DNA from: Ranitomeya imitator
Taxonomy: Eukaryota
Reading direction: 5' to 3'
Length of the DNA: 64,000 nucleotides
Assembly: GCF_032444005.1 (NCBI RefSeq)
Contig: NC_091283.1
Span: forward strand, 176,762,001 to 176,826,000
Part shown: piece after piece, positions 42,567-55,100 of the stretch
Position numbering within the stretch: the first letter of the stretch is position 1
How the letters are laid out: every line of letters starts with the position of its first letter
Made by a program: the position numbers and the translations under genes
Notes under the pieces: model-generated
Database searches by the model: none
The model's input: the letters and a program-made list of their open reading frames with translations, nothing else
What the model was told of the DNA's origin: nothing

Positions 42567-42900
42567 CGGTTAATGCTGAACGTTAATCCCCGGGCAGCGC
42601 TCCGCTTCCTCTGGACAGCCGGTCCTCCCCGCAGCCCCCAGGCCTCCTCCTCTCCTGCACCACAGCGCAGACAATGGCGCGGACCATGCACCACTGTGCA
42701 GCGCGCCCTCTGGCGGCCGGAGGTCGGACGTGCGCAGCTCACACTTGTTTAGCTTTCTACCACAAGGACACAAATGGGTTAAAAACAAATTGAGTCTCAT
42801 CAATAGAAAGGGTTAATGATGTGGTCCAGGTGGTGACCCCTCATACACCATAGTCTGTTGTAGTGAGCCCCCAAAACTACAGCTCCCAGCAAGCCCTGCC
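42567..42900 (-). promoter_or_regulatory. Probable CIZ1 non-coding first exon and CpG-rich promoter
   Basis: Minus-strand donor CCG|GTAAGA at 42566; CpG-rich 42540-42740; CTCF-like GCGCCCTCTGGCGGCC at 42703-42718; ZNF143/SBS-like ACTACAGCTCCCAGCAAGCCC at 42876-42896. The ATG exon (40677) begins directly after an acceptor, so an upstream exon is required. Confidence 0.6.
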
Positions 42901-43124
42901 AGTGTTACCAGATCTCCGGTCTGTGGCAATACAGCGTCTTGTCCCATCGGCCACTATTCTTCATAAATCTACAAGGTCTAAAATGTGCAGATCCATCCTG
43001 TATAAAGAGCAGTTATTGAGGGGTTAAAATGGTCTCCCCAGAGACCTACACGCTACACAGCACGGGGGTCTATGCTCAGCTGCTGTTGTCACTTCTGATT
43101 GGAAAATGGCCGAGAAATGGCTGC

Positions 43125-46100
43125 CACCCCCCATATAGTCTCCTCCCAGATGTGGGGGTCAGCGGCTGCCACCCCCCATATATTCTCCTCCCAGATGTGG
43201 GGGTCAGTGGTTGCCATCCCCCATATATTCTCCTCCCAGATGTGGGGGTCAGTGGCTGCCATCCCCCATATATTCTCTTCCCAGATGTGGGGGTCAGTCG
43301 CTGCCACCCCCCATATATTCTCCCAGATGTGGGGGTCAGTGGCTGCCATCCCCCATATATTCTCCTCCCAAATGTGGGGGTCAGCGGCTGCCACCCCCCA
43401 TATATTCTCCTCCCAGATGTGGGGGTCAGTGCTTGCCATCCCCCATATATTCTCCTCCCAGATGTGGGGGTCAGTCGCTGCCATCCCCCATATATTCTCT
43501 TCCCAGATGTGGGGGTCAGTCGCTGCCACCCCCCATATATTCTCCCAGATGTGGGGGTCAGTGGCTGCCATCCCCCATATATTCTCCTCCCAGATGTGGG
43601 GGTCAGCGGCTGCCACCCCCCATATATTCTCCTCCCAGATGTGGGGGTCAGTGGCTGCCACCCCCCATATATTCTCCTCCCAGATGTGGGGCTCTGCGGC
43701 ATTCACGCCCCATATATTCTCCCAGATGTGGGGGTCAGTGGCTGCCACCCCCCATATATTCTCCTCCCAGATGTGGGGGTCAGTGGCTGCCACCCCCCAT
43801 ATATTCTCCTCCCAGATGTGGGGGTCAGTGGCTGCCATCCCCCATATATTCTCTTCCCAGATGTGGGGGTCAGTGGCTGCCACCCCCCATATATTCTTCT
43901 CCCAGATGTGGGGGTCAGCGGCATTCACGCCCCATATATTCTCCCAGATGTGGGGGTCAGTGGCTGCCACCCCCCATATATTCTCCTCCCAGATGTGGGG
44001 GTCAGTGGCTGCCATCCCCCATATATTCTCTTCCCAGATGTGGGGGTCAGTGGCTGCCACCCCCCATATATTCTCCTCCCAGATGTGGGGGTCAGTGGTT
44101 GCCATCCCCCATATATTCTCCTCCCAGATGTGGGGGTCAGTCGCTGCCATCCCCCATATATTCTCTTCCCAGATGTGGGGGTCAGTCGCTGCCACCCCCC
44201 ATATATTCTCCCAGATGTGGGGGTCAGTGGCTGCCATCCCCCATATATTCTCCTCCCAAATGTGGGGGTCAGCGGCTGCCACCCCCCATATATTCTCCTC
44301 CCAGATGTGGGGGTCAGTGGTTGCCATCCCCCCTTTATATATTCTCCTCCCAGATGTGGGGGTCAGTCGCTGCCATCCCCCATATATTCTCTTCCCAGAT
44401 GTGGGGGTCAGTCGCTGCCACCCCCCATATAGTCTCCCAGATGTGGGGGTCAGTGGCTGCCATCCCCCATATATTCTCCTCCCAGATGTGGGGGTCAGCG
44501 GCTGCCACCCCCCATATATTCTCCTCCCAGATGTGGGGGTCAGTGGCTGCCACCCCCCATATATTCTCCTCCCAGATGTGGGGGTCAGTGGCTGCCACCC
44601 CCCATATATTCTCCTCCCAGATGTGGGGGTCAGCGGCATTCACGCCCCATATATTCTCCCAGATGTGGGGGTCAGTGGCTGCCACCCCCCATATATTCTC
44701 CTCCCAGATGTGGGGGTCAGTGGCTGCCATCCCCCATATATTCTCTTCCCAGATGTGGGGGTCAGTGGCTGCCACCCCCCATATATTCTCCTCCCAGATG
44801 TGGGGGTCAGCGGCATTCACGCCCCATATATTCTCCCAGATGTGGGGCTCAGCGGCTGCCACCCTCCATATATTCTCCTCCCAGATGTGGGGGTCAGCGG
44901 CATTCACCCCCCATATATTCTCCTCCCAGATGTGGGGGTCAGCGGCATTCACCCCCCATATATTCTACTCCCAGATGTGGGGCTCTGCGGCATTCACCCC
45001 CCATATATTCTCCTCCCAGATGTGGAGGTCAGCGGCATTCACCCCCCATACATTCTCTCAGATGTGGGGCTCAGCGGCATTCACCCCCCATATATTCTCC
45101 TCCCAGATGTGGGGGTCAGCGGCATTCACGCCCCATATATTCTCCCAGATGTGGGGCTCAGCGGCTGCCACCCCCCATATATTCTCCTCCCAGATGTGGG
45201 GGTCAGCGGCATTCACCCCCCATATATTCTCCTCCCAGATGTGGGGGTCAGCGGCATTCACCCCCCATATATTCTCCCAGATGTGGGGCTCAGCGGCATT
45301 CACCCCCCATATATTCTCTTCCCAGATGTGGGGCTCAGCGGCATTCACCCCCCATATATTGTCCTCCCAGATGTGGGGGTCAGCAGCATTCACCCCCCAT
45401 ATATTCTCCCAGATGTGGGGGTCAGCGGCATTCACCCCCCATATATTCTCCTCCCAGATGTGGGGCTCTGCGGCATTCACCCCCCATATATTCTCCTCCC
45501 AGATGTGGAGGTGAGCGGCATTCACCCCCCATATATTCTCTCAGATGTGGGGCACAGCGGCATTCACCCCCCATATATTCTCCTCCCAGATGTGGGGCTC
45601 TGCGGCATTCACCCCCCATATATTCTCTTCCCAGATGTGGGGGTCAGCGGCATTCACCCCCCATATATTCTCCTCCCAGATGTGGGGGTCAGTGGCATTC
45701 ACCCCCCATATATTCTCCTCCCAGATGTGGGGGTCAGCGGCATTCACCCCCCATATATTCTCCCAGATGTGGGGCTCTGCGGCATTCACGCCCCATATAT
45801 TCTCCCAGATGTGGGGGTCAGTGGCTGCCACCCCCCATATATTCTCCTCCCAGATGTGGGGGTCAGTGGCTGCCACCCCCCATATATTCTCCTCCCAGAT
45901 GTGGGGGTCAGCGTCATTCACCCCCCATATATTCTCCCAGATGTGGGGCTCTGCGGCATTCACGCCCCATATATTCTCCTCCCAGATGTGGGGGTCAGTG
46001 GCTGCCACCCCCCATATATTCTCCTCCCAGATGTGGGGGTCAGCGGCATTCACGCCCCATATATTCTCCCAGATGTGGGGGTCAGTGGCTGCCACCCCCC

Positions 46101-49100
46101 ATATATTCTCCTCCCAGATGTGGGGGTCAGTGGCTGCCATCCCCCATATATTCTCTTCCCAGATGTGGGGGTCAGTGGCTGCCACCCCCCATATATTCTC
46201 CTCCCAGATGTGGGGGTCAGCGGCATTCACGCCCCATATATTCTCCCAGATGTGGGGCTCAGCGGCTGCCACCCTCGATATATTCTCCTCCCAGATGTGG
46301 GGGTCAGCGGCATTCACCCCCCATATATTCTCCTCCCAGATGTGGGGGTCAGCGGCATTCACCCCCCATATATTCTACTCCCAGATGTGGGGCTCTGCGG
46401 CATTCACCCCCCATATATTCTCCTCCCAGATGTGGAGGTCAGCGGCATTCACCCCCCATATATTCTCTCAGATGTGGGGCTCAGCGGCATTCACCCCCCA
46501 TATATTCTCCTCCCAGATGTGGGGGTCAGCGGCATTCACGCCCCATATATTCTCCCAGATGTGGGGCTCAGCGGCTGCCACCCCCCATATATTCTCCTCC
46601 CAGATGTGGGGGTCAGCGGCATTCACCCCCCATATATTCTCCTCCCAGATGTGGGGGTCAGCGGCATTCACCCCCCATATATTCTCCCAGATGTGGGGCT
46701 CAGCGGCATTCACCCCCCATATATTCTCTTCCCAGATGTGGGGCTCAGCGGCATTCACCCCCCATATATTCTCCTCCCAGATGTGGGGGTCAGCAGCATT
46801 CACCCCCCATATATTCTCCCAGATGTGGGGGTCAGCGGCATTCACCCCCCATATATTCTCCTCCCAGATGTGGGGCTCTGCGGCATTCACCCCCCATATA
46901 TTCTCCTCCCAGATGTGGAGGTGAGCGGCATTCACCCCCCATATATTCTCTCAGATGTGGGGCACAGCGGCATTCACCCCCCATATATTCTCCTCCCAGA
47001 TGTGGGGCTCTGCGGCATTCACTCCCCATATATTCTCTTCCCAGATGTGGGGGTCAGCGGCATTCACCCCCCATATATTCTCCTCCCAGATGTGGGGGTC
47101 AGTGGCATTCACCCCCCATATATTCTCCTCCCAGATGTGGGGGTCAGCGGCATTCACCCCCCATATATTCTCCCAGATGTGGGGGTCAGCGGCATTCACC
47201 CCCCATATATTCTCCTCCCAATTGGGGGCTCTGCGGCATTCACCCCCCATATATTCTCCTCCCAGATGTGGGGCTCTGCGGCATTCACCCCCCATATATT
47301 CTCCCAGATGTGGGGGTCAGTGGCTGCCACCCCCCATATATTCTCCTCCCAGATGTGGGGGTCAGTGGCTGCCACCCCCCATATATTCTCCTCCCAGATG
47401 TGGGGGTCAGTGGCTGCCACCCCCCATATATTCTCCTCCCAGATGTGGGGGTCAGTGGCTGCCACCCCCCATATATTCTCCTCCCAGATGTGGGGGTCAG
47501 TGGTTGCCATCCCCCATATATTCTCCTCCCAGATGTGGGGGTCAGCGGCTGCCACCCCCCATATATTCTCCTCCCAGATGTGGGGGTCAGTGGTTGCCAT
47601 CCCCCATATATTCTCCTCCCAGATGTGGGGGTCAGTGGCTGCCATCCCCCATATATTCTCTTCCCAGATGTGGGGGTCAGTCGCTGCCACCCCCCATATA
47701 TTCTCCCAGATGTGGGGGTCAGTGGCTGCCATCCCCCATATATTCTCCTCCCAAATGTGGGGGTCAGCGGCTGCCACCCCCCATATATTCTCCTCCCAGA
47801 TGTGGGGGTCAGTGCTTGCCATCCCCCATATATTCTCCTCCCAGATGTGGGGGTCAGTCGCTGCCATCCCCCATATATTCTCTTCCCAGATGTGGGGGTC
47901 AGTCGCTGCCACCCCCCATATATTCTCCCAGATGTGGGGGTCAGTGGCTGCCATCCCCCATATATTCTCCTCCCAGATGTGGGGGTCAGCGGCTGCCACC
48001 CCCCATATATTCTCCTCCCAGATGTGGGGGTCAGTGGCTGCCACCCCCCATATATTCTCCTCCCAGATGTGGGGCTCTGCGGCATTCACGCCCCATATAT
48101 TCTCCCAGATGTTGGGGTCAGTGGCTGCCACCCCCCATATATTCTCCTCCCAGATGTGGGGGTCAGTGGCTGCCACCCCCCATATATTCTCCTCCCAGAT
48201 GTGGGGGTCAGTGGCTGCCACCCCCCATATATTCTTCTCCCAGATGTGGGGGTCAGCGGCATTCACGCCCCATATATTCTCCCAGATGTGGGGGTCAGTG
48301 GCTGCCACCCCCCATATATTCTCCTCCCAGATGTGGGGGTCAGTGGCTGCCATCCCCCATATATTCTCTTCCCAGATGTGGGGGTCAGTGGCTGCCACCC
48401 CCCATATATTCTCCTCCCAGATGTGGGGGTCAGTGGTTGCCATCCCCCATATATTCTCCTCCCAGATGTGGGGGTCAGTCGCTGCCATACCCCCATATAT
48501 TCTCTTCCCAGATGTGGGGGTCAGTCGCTGCCACCCCCCATATAGTCTCCCAGATGTGGGGGTCAGTGGCTGCCATCCCCCATATATTCTCCTCCCAAAT
48601 GTGGGGGTCAGCAGCTGCCACCCCCCATATATTCTCCTCCCAGATGTGGGGGTCAGTGGTTGCCATCCCCCATATATTCTCCTCCCAGATGTGGGGGTCA
48701 GTCGCTGCCATCCCCCATATATTCTCTTCCCAGATGTGGGGGTCAGTCGCTGCCACCCCCCATATAGTCTCCCAGATGTGGGGGTCAGTGGCTGCCATCC
48801 CCCATATATTCTCCTCCCAGATGTGGGGGTCAGCGGCTGCCACCCCCCATATATTCTCCTCCCAGATGTGGGGGTCAGTGGCTGCCACCCCCCATATATT
48901 CTCCTCCCAGATGTGGGGCTCTGCGGCATTCACGCCCCATATATTCTCCCAGATGTGGGGGTCAGTGGCTGCCATCCCCCATATATTCTCCTCCCAGATG
49001 TGGGGGTCAGTGGCTGCCACCCCCCATATATTCTCCTCCCAGATGTGGGGGTCAGCGGCATTCACGCCCCATATATTCTCCCAGATGTGGGGGTCAGTGG

Positions 49101-52100
49101 CTGCCACCCCCCATATATTCTCCTCCCAGATGTGGGGGTCAGTGGCTGCCATCCCCCATATATTCTCTTCCCAGATGTGGGGGTCAGTGGCTGCCACCCC
49201 CCATATATTCTCCTCCCAGATGTGGGGGTCAGCGGCATTCACGCCCCATATATTCTCCCAGATGTGGGGCTCAGCGGCTGCCACCCTCCATATATTCTCC
49301 TCCCAGATGTGGGGGTCAGCGGCATTCACCCCCCATATATTCTCCTCCCAGATGTGGGGGTCAGCGGCATTCACCCCCCATATATTCTACTCCCAGATGT
49401 GGGGCTCTGCGGCATTCACCCCCCATATATTCTCCTCCCAGATGTGGAGGTCAGCGGCATTCACCCCCCATACATTCTCTCAGATGTGGGGCTCAGCGGC
49501 ATTCACCCCCCATATATTCTCCTCCCAGATGTGGGGGTCAGCGGCATTCACGCCCCATATATTCTCCCAGATGTGGGGCTCAGCGGCTGCCACCCCCCAT
49601 ATATTCTCCTCCCAGATGTGGGGGTCAGCGGCATTCACCCCCCATATATTCTCCTCCCAGATGTGGGGGTCAGCGGCATTCACCCCCCATATATTCTCCC
49701 AGATGTGGGGCTCAGCGGCATTCACCCCCCATATATTCTCTTCCCAGATGTGGGGCTCAGCGGCATTCACCCCCCATATATTCTCCTCCCAGATGTGGGG
49801 GTCAGCAGCATTCACCCCCCATATATTCTCCCAGATGTGGGGGTCAGCGGCATTCACCCCCCATATATTCTCCTCCCAGATGTGGGGCTCTGCGGCATTC
49901 ACCCCCCATATATTCTCCTCCCAGATGTGGAGGTGAGCGGCATTCACCCCCCATATATTCTCTCAGATGTGGGGCACAGCGGCATTCACCCCCCATATAT
50001 TCTCCTCCCAGATGTGGGGCTCTGCGGCATTCACCCCCCATATATTCTCTTCCCAGATGTGGGGGTCAGCGGCATTCACCCCCCATATATTCTCCTCCCA
50101 GATGTGGGGGTCAGTGGCATTCACCCCCCATATATTCTCCTCCCAGATGTGGGGGTCAGCGGCATTCACCCCCCATATATTCTCCCAGATGTGGGGCTCT
50201 GCGGCATTCACGCCCCATATATTCTCCTCCCAGATGTGGGGGTCAGTGGCTGCCACCCCCCATATATTCTCCTCCCAGATGTGGGGGTCAGCGGCATTCA
50301 CGCCCCATATATTCTCCCAGATGTGGGGGTCAGTGGCTGCCACCCCCCATATATTCTCCTCCCAGATGTGGGGGTCAGTGGCTGCCATCCCCCATATATT
50401 CTCTTCCCAGATGTGGGGGTCAGTGGCTGCCACCCCCCATATATTCTCCTCCCAGATGTGGGGGTCAGCGGCATTCACGCCCCATATATTCTCCCAGATG
50501 TGGGGCTCAGCGGCTGCCACCCTCGATATATTCTCCTCCCAGATGTGGGGGTCAGCGGCATTCACCCCCCATATATTCTCCTCCCAGATGTGGGGGTCAG
50601 CGGCATTCACCCCCCATATATTCTACTCCCAGATGTGGGGCTCTGCGGCATTCACCCCCCATATATTCTCCTCCCAGATGTGGAGGTCAGCGGCATTCAC
50701 CCCCCATATATTCTCTCAGATGTGGGGCTCAGCGGCATTCACCCCCCATATATTCTCCTCCCAGATGTGGGGGTCAGCGGCATTCACGCCCCATATATTC
50801 TCCCAGATGTGGGGCTCAGCGGCTGCCACCCCCCATATATTCTCCTCCCAGATGTGGGGGTCAGCGGCATTCACCCCCCATATATTCTCCTCCCAGATGT
50901 GGGGGTCAGCGGCATTCACCCCCCATATATTCTCCCAGATGTGGGGCTCAGCGGCATTCACCCCCCATATATTCTCTTCCCAGATGTGGGGGTCAGCGGC
51001 ATTCACCCCCCATATATTCTCCTCCCAGATGTGGGGCTCTGCGGCATTCACCCCCCATATATTCTCCTCCCAGATGTGGAGGTGAGCGGCATTCACCCCC
51101 CATTTATTCTCTCAGATGTGGGGCACAGCGGCATTCACCCCCCATATATTCTCCTCCCAGATGTGGGGGTCAGCGGCATTCACCCCCCATATATTCTCCT
51201 CCCAGATGTGGGGGTCAGTGGCATTCACCCCCCATATATTCTCCTCCCAGATGTGGGGGTCAGCGGCATTCACCCTGCATATATTCTCCCAGATGTGGGG
51301 CTCTGCGGCATTCACGCCCCATATATTCTCCTCCCAGATGTGGGGGTCAGCGGCATTCACCCCCCATATATTCTCCTCCCAGATGTGGGGGTCAGTGGCA
51401 TTCACCCCCCATATATTCTCCTCCCAGATGTGGGGGTCAGCGGCATTCACCCCCCATATATTCTCCCAGATGTGGGGCTCTGCGGCATTCACGCCCCATA
51501 TATTCTCCTCCCAGATGTGGGGGTCAGTGGCTGCCACCCCCCATATATTCTCCTCCCAGATGTGGGGGTCAGCGGCATTCACGCCCCATATATTCTCCCA
51601 GATGTGGGGGTCAGTGGCTGCCACCCCCCATATATTCTCCTCCCAGATGTGGGGGTCAGTGGCTGCCATCCCCCATATATTCTCTTCCCAGATGTGGGGG
51701 TCAGTGGCTGCCACCCCCCATATATTCTCCTCCCAGATGTGGGGGTCAGCGGCATTCACCCCCCATATATTCTCCTCCCAGATGTGGGGGTCAGCGGCAT
51801 TCACCCCCCATATATTCTCCCAGATGTGGGGCTCTGCGGCATTCACGCCCCATATATTCTCCCAGATGTGGGGGTCAGTGGCTGCCACCCCCCATATATT
51901 CTCCTCCCAGATGTGGGGGTCAGTGGCTGCCACCCCCCATATATTCTCCTCCCAGATGTGGGGGTCAGCGTCATTCACCCCCCATATATTCTCCCAGATG
52001 TGGGGCTCTGCGGCATTCACGCCCCATATATTCTCCTCCCAGATGTGGGGGTCAGTGGCTGCCACCCCCCATATATTCTCCTCCCAGATGTGGGGGTCAG

Positions 52101-55100
52101 CGGCATTCACGCCCCATATATTCTCTCAGATGTGGGGGTCAGTGGCTGCCACCCCCCATATATTCTCCTCCCAGATGTGGGGGTCAGTGGCTGCCATCCC
52201 CCATATATTCTCTTCCCAGATGTGGGGGTCAGTGGCTGCCACCCCCCATATATTCTCCTCCCAGATGTGGGGGTCAGCGGCATTCACGCCCCATATATTC
52301 TCCCAGATGTGGGGCTCAGCGGCTGCCACCCTCGATATATTCTCCTCCCAGATGTGGGGGTCAGCGGCATTCACCCCCCATATATTCTCCTCCCAGATGT
52401 GGGGGTCAGCGGCATTCACCCCCCATATATTCTACTCCCAGATGTGGGGCTCTGCGGCATTCACCCCCCATATATTCTCCTCCCAGATGTGGAGGTCAGC
52501 GGCATTCACCCCCCATATATTCTCTCAGATGTGGGGCTCAGCGGCATTCACCCCCCATATATTCTCCTCCCAGATGTGGGGGTCAGCGGCATTCACGCCC
52601 CATATATTCTCCCAGATGTGGGGCTCAGCGGCTGCCACCCCCCATATATTCTCCTCCCAGATGTGGGGGTCAGCGGCATTCACCCCCCATATATTCTCCT
52701 CCCAGATGTGGGGGTCAGCGGCATTCACCCCCCATATATTCTCCCAGATGTGGGGCTCAGCGGCATTCACCCCCCATATATTCTCTTCCCAGATGTGGGG
52801 CTCAGCGGCATTCACCCCCCATATATTCTCCTCCCAGATGTGGGGGTCAGCAGCATTCACCCCCCATATATTCTCCCAGATGTGGGGGTCAGCGGCATTC
52901 ACCCCCCATATATTCTCCTCCCAGATGTGGGGCTCTGCGGCATTCACCCCCCATATATTCTCCTCCCAGATGTGGAGGTGAGCGGCATTCACCCCCCATA
53001 TATTCTCTCAGATGTGGGGCACAGCGGCATTCACCCCCCATATATTCTCCTCCCAGATGTGGGGCTCTGCGGCATTCACTCCCCATATATTCTCTTCCCA
53101 GATGTGGGGGTCAGCGGCATTCACCCCCCATATATTCTCCTCCCAGATGTGGGGGTCAGTGGCATTCACCCCCCATATATTCTCCTCCCAGATGTGGGGG
53201 TCAGCGGCATTCACCCCCCATATATTCTCCCAGATGTGGGGGTCAGCGGCATTCACCCCCCATATATTCTCCTCCCAATTGGGGGCTCTGCGGCATTCAC
53301 CCCCCATATATTCTCCTCCCAGATGTGGGGCTCTGCGGCATTCACCCCCCATATATTCTCCCAGATGTGGGGGTCAGTGGCTGCCACCCCCCATATATTC
53401 TCCTCCCAGATGTGGGGGTCAGTGGCTGCCACCCCCCATATATTCTCCTCCCAGATGTGGGGGTCAGTGGCTGCCACCCCCCATATATTCTCCTCCCAGA
53501 TGTGGGGGTCAGTGGCTGCCACCCCCCATATATTCTCCTCCCAGATGTGGGGGTCAGTGGTTGCCATCCCCCATATATTCTCCTCCCAGATGTGGGGGTC
53601 AGCGGCTGCCACCCCCCATATATTCTCCTCCCAGATGTGGGGGTCAGTGGTTGCCATCCCCCATATATTCTCCTCCCAGATGTGGGGGTCAGTGGCTGCC
53701 ATCCCCCATATATTCTCTTCCCAGATGTGGGGGTCAGTCGCTGCCACCCCCCATATATTCTCCCAGATGTGGGGGTCAGTGGCTGCCATCCCCCATATAT
53801 TCTCCTCCCAAATGTGGGGGTCAGCGGCTGCCACCCCCCATATATTCTCCTCCCAGATGTGGGGGTCAGTGCTTGCCATCCCCCATATATTCTCCTCCCA
53901 GATGTGGGGGTCAGTCGCTGCCATCCCCCATATATTCTCTTCCCAGATGTGGGGGTCAGTCGCTGCCACCCCCCATATATTCTCCCAGATGTGGGGGTCA
54001 GTGGCTGCCATCCCCCATATATTCTCCTCCCAGATGTGGGGGTCAGCGGCTGCCACCCCCCATATATTCTCCTCCCAGATGTGGGGGTCAGTGGCTGCCA
54101 CCCCCCATATATTCTCCTCCCAGATGTGGGGCTCTGCGGCATTCACGCCCCATATATTCTCCCAGATGTTGGGGTCAGTGGCTGCCACCCCCCATATATT
54201 CTCCTCCCAGATGTGGGGGTCAGTGGCTGCCACCCCCCATATATTCTCCTCCCAGATGTGGGGGTCAGTGGCTGCCACCCCCCATATATTCTTCTCCCAG
54301 ATGTGGGGGTCAGCGGCATTCACGCCCCATATATTCTCCCAGATGTGGGGGTCAGTGGCTGCCACCCCCCATATATTCTCCTCCCAGATGTGGGGGTCAG
54401 TGGCTGCCATCCCCCATATATTCTCTTCCCAGATGTGGGGGTCAGTGGCTGCCACCCCCCATATATTCTCCTCCCAGATGTGGGGGTCAGTGGTTGCCAT
54501 CCCCCATATATTCTCCTCCCAGATGTGGGGGTCAGTCGCTGCCATCCCCCATATATTCTCTTCCCAGATGTGGGGGTCAGTCGCTGCCACCCCCCATATA
54601 GTCTCCCAGATGTGGGGGTCAGTGGCTGCCATCCCCCATATATTCTCCTCCCAAATGTGGGGGTCAGCGGCTGCCACCCCCCATATATTCTCCTCCCAGA
54701 TGTGGGGGTCAGTGGTTGCCATCCCCCATATATTCTCCTCCCAGATGTGGGGGTCAGTCGCTGCCATCCCCCATATATTCTCTTCCCAGATGTGGGGGTC
54801 AGTCGCTGCCACCCCCCATATAGTCTCCCAGATGTGGGGGTCAGTGGCTGCCATCCCCCATATATTCTCCTCCCAGATGTGGGGGTCAGCGGCTGCCACC
54901 CCCCATATATTCTCCTCCCAGATGTGGGGGTCAGTGGCTGCCACCCCCCATATATTCTCCTCCCAGATGTGGGGCTCTGCGGCATTCACGCCCCATATAT
55001 TCTCCCAGATGTGGGGGTCAGTGGCTGCCATCCCCCATATATTCTCCTCCCAGATGTGGGGGTCAGTGGCTGCCACCCCCCATATATTCTCCTCCCAGAT

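Noticed and set aside
43135-43165. Micro-exon array (TTCTCCTCCCAG|ATGTGGGG|GTCAGT in each unit)
   Set aside because: Acceptor- and donor-like motifs are present, but the implied 34-37-nt introns are below the usual vertebrate minimum and no branch point is evident.
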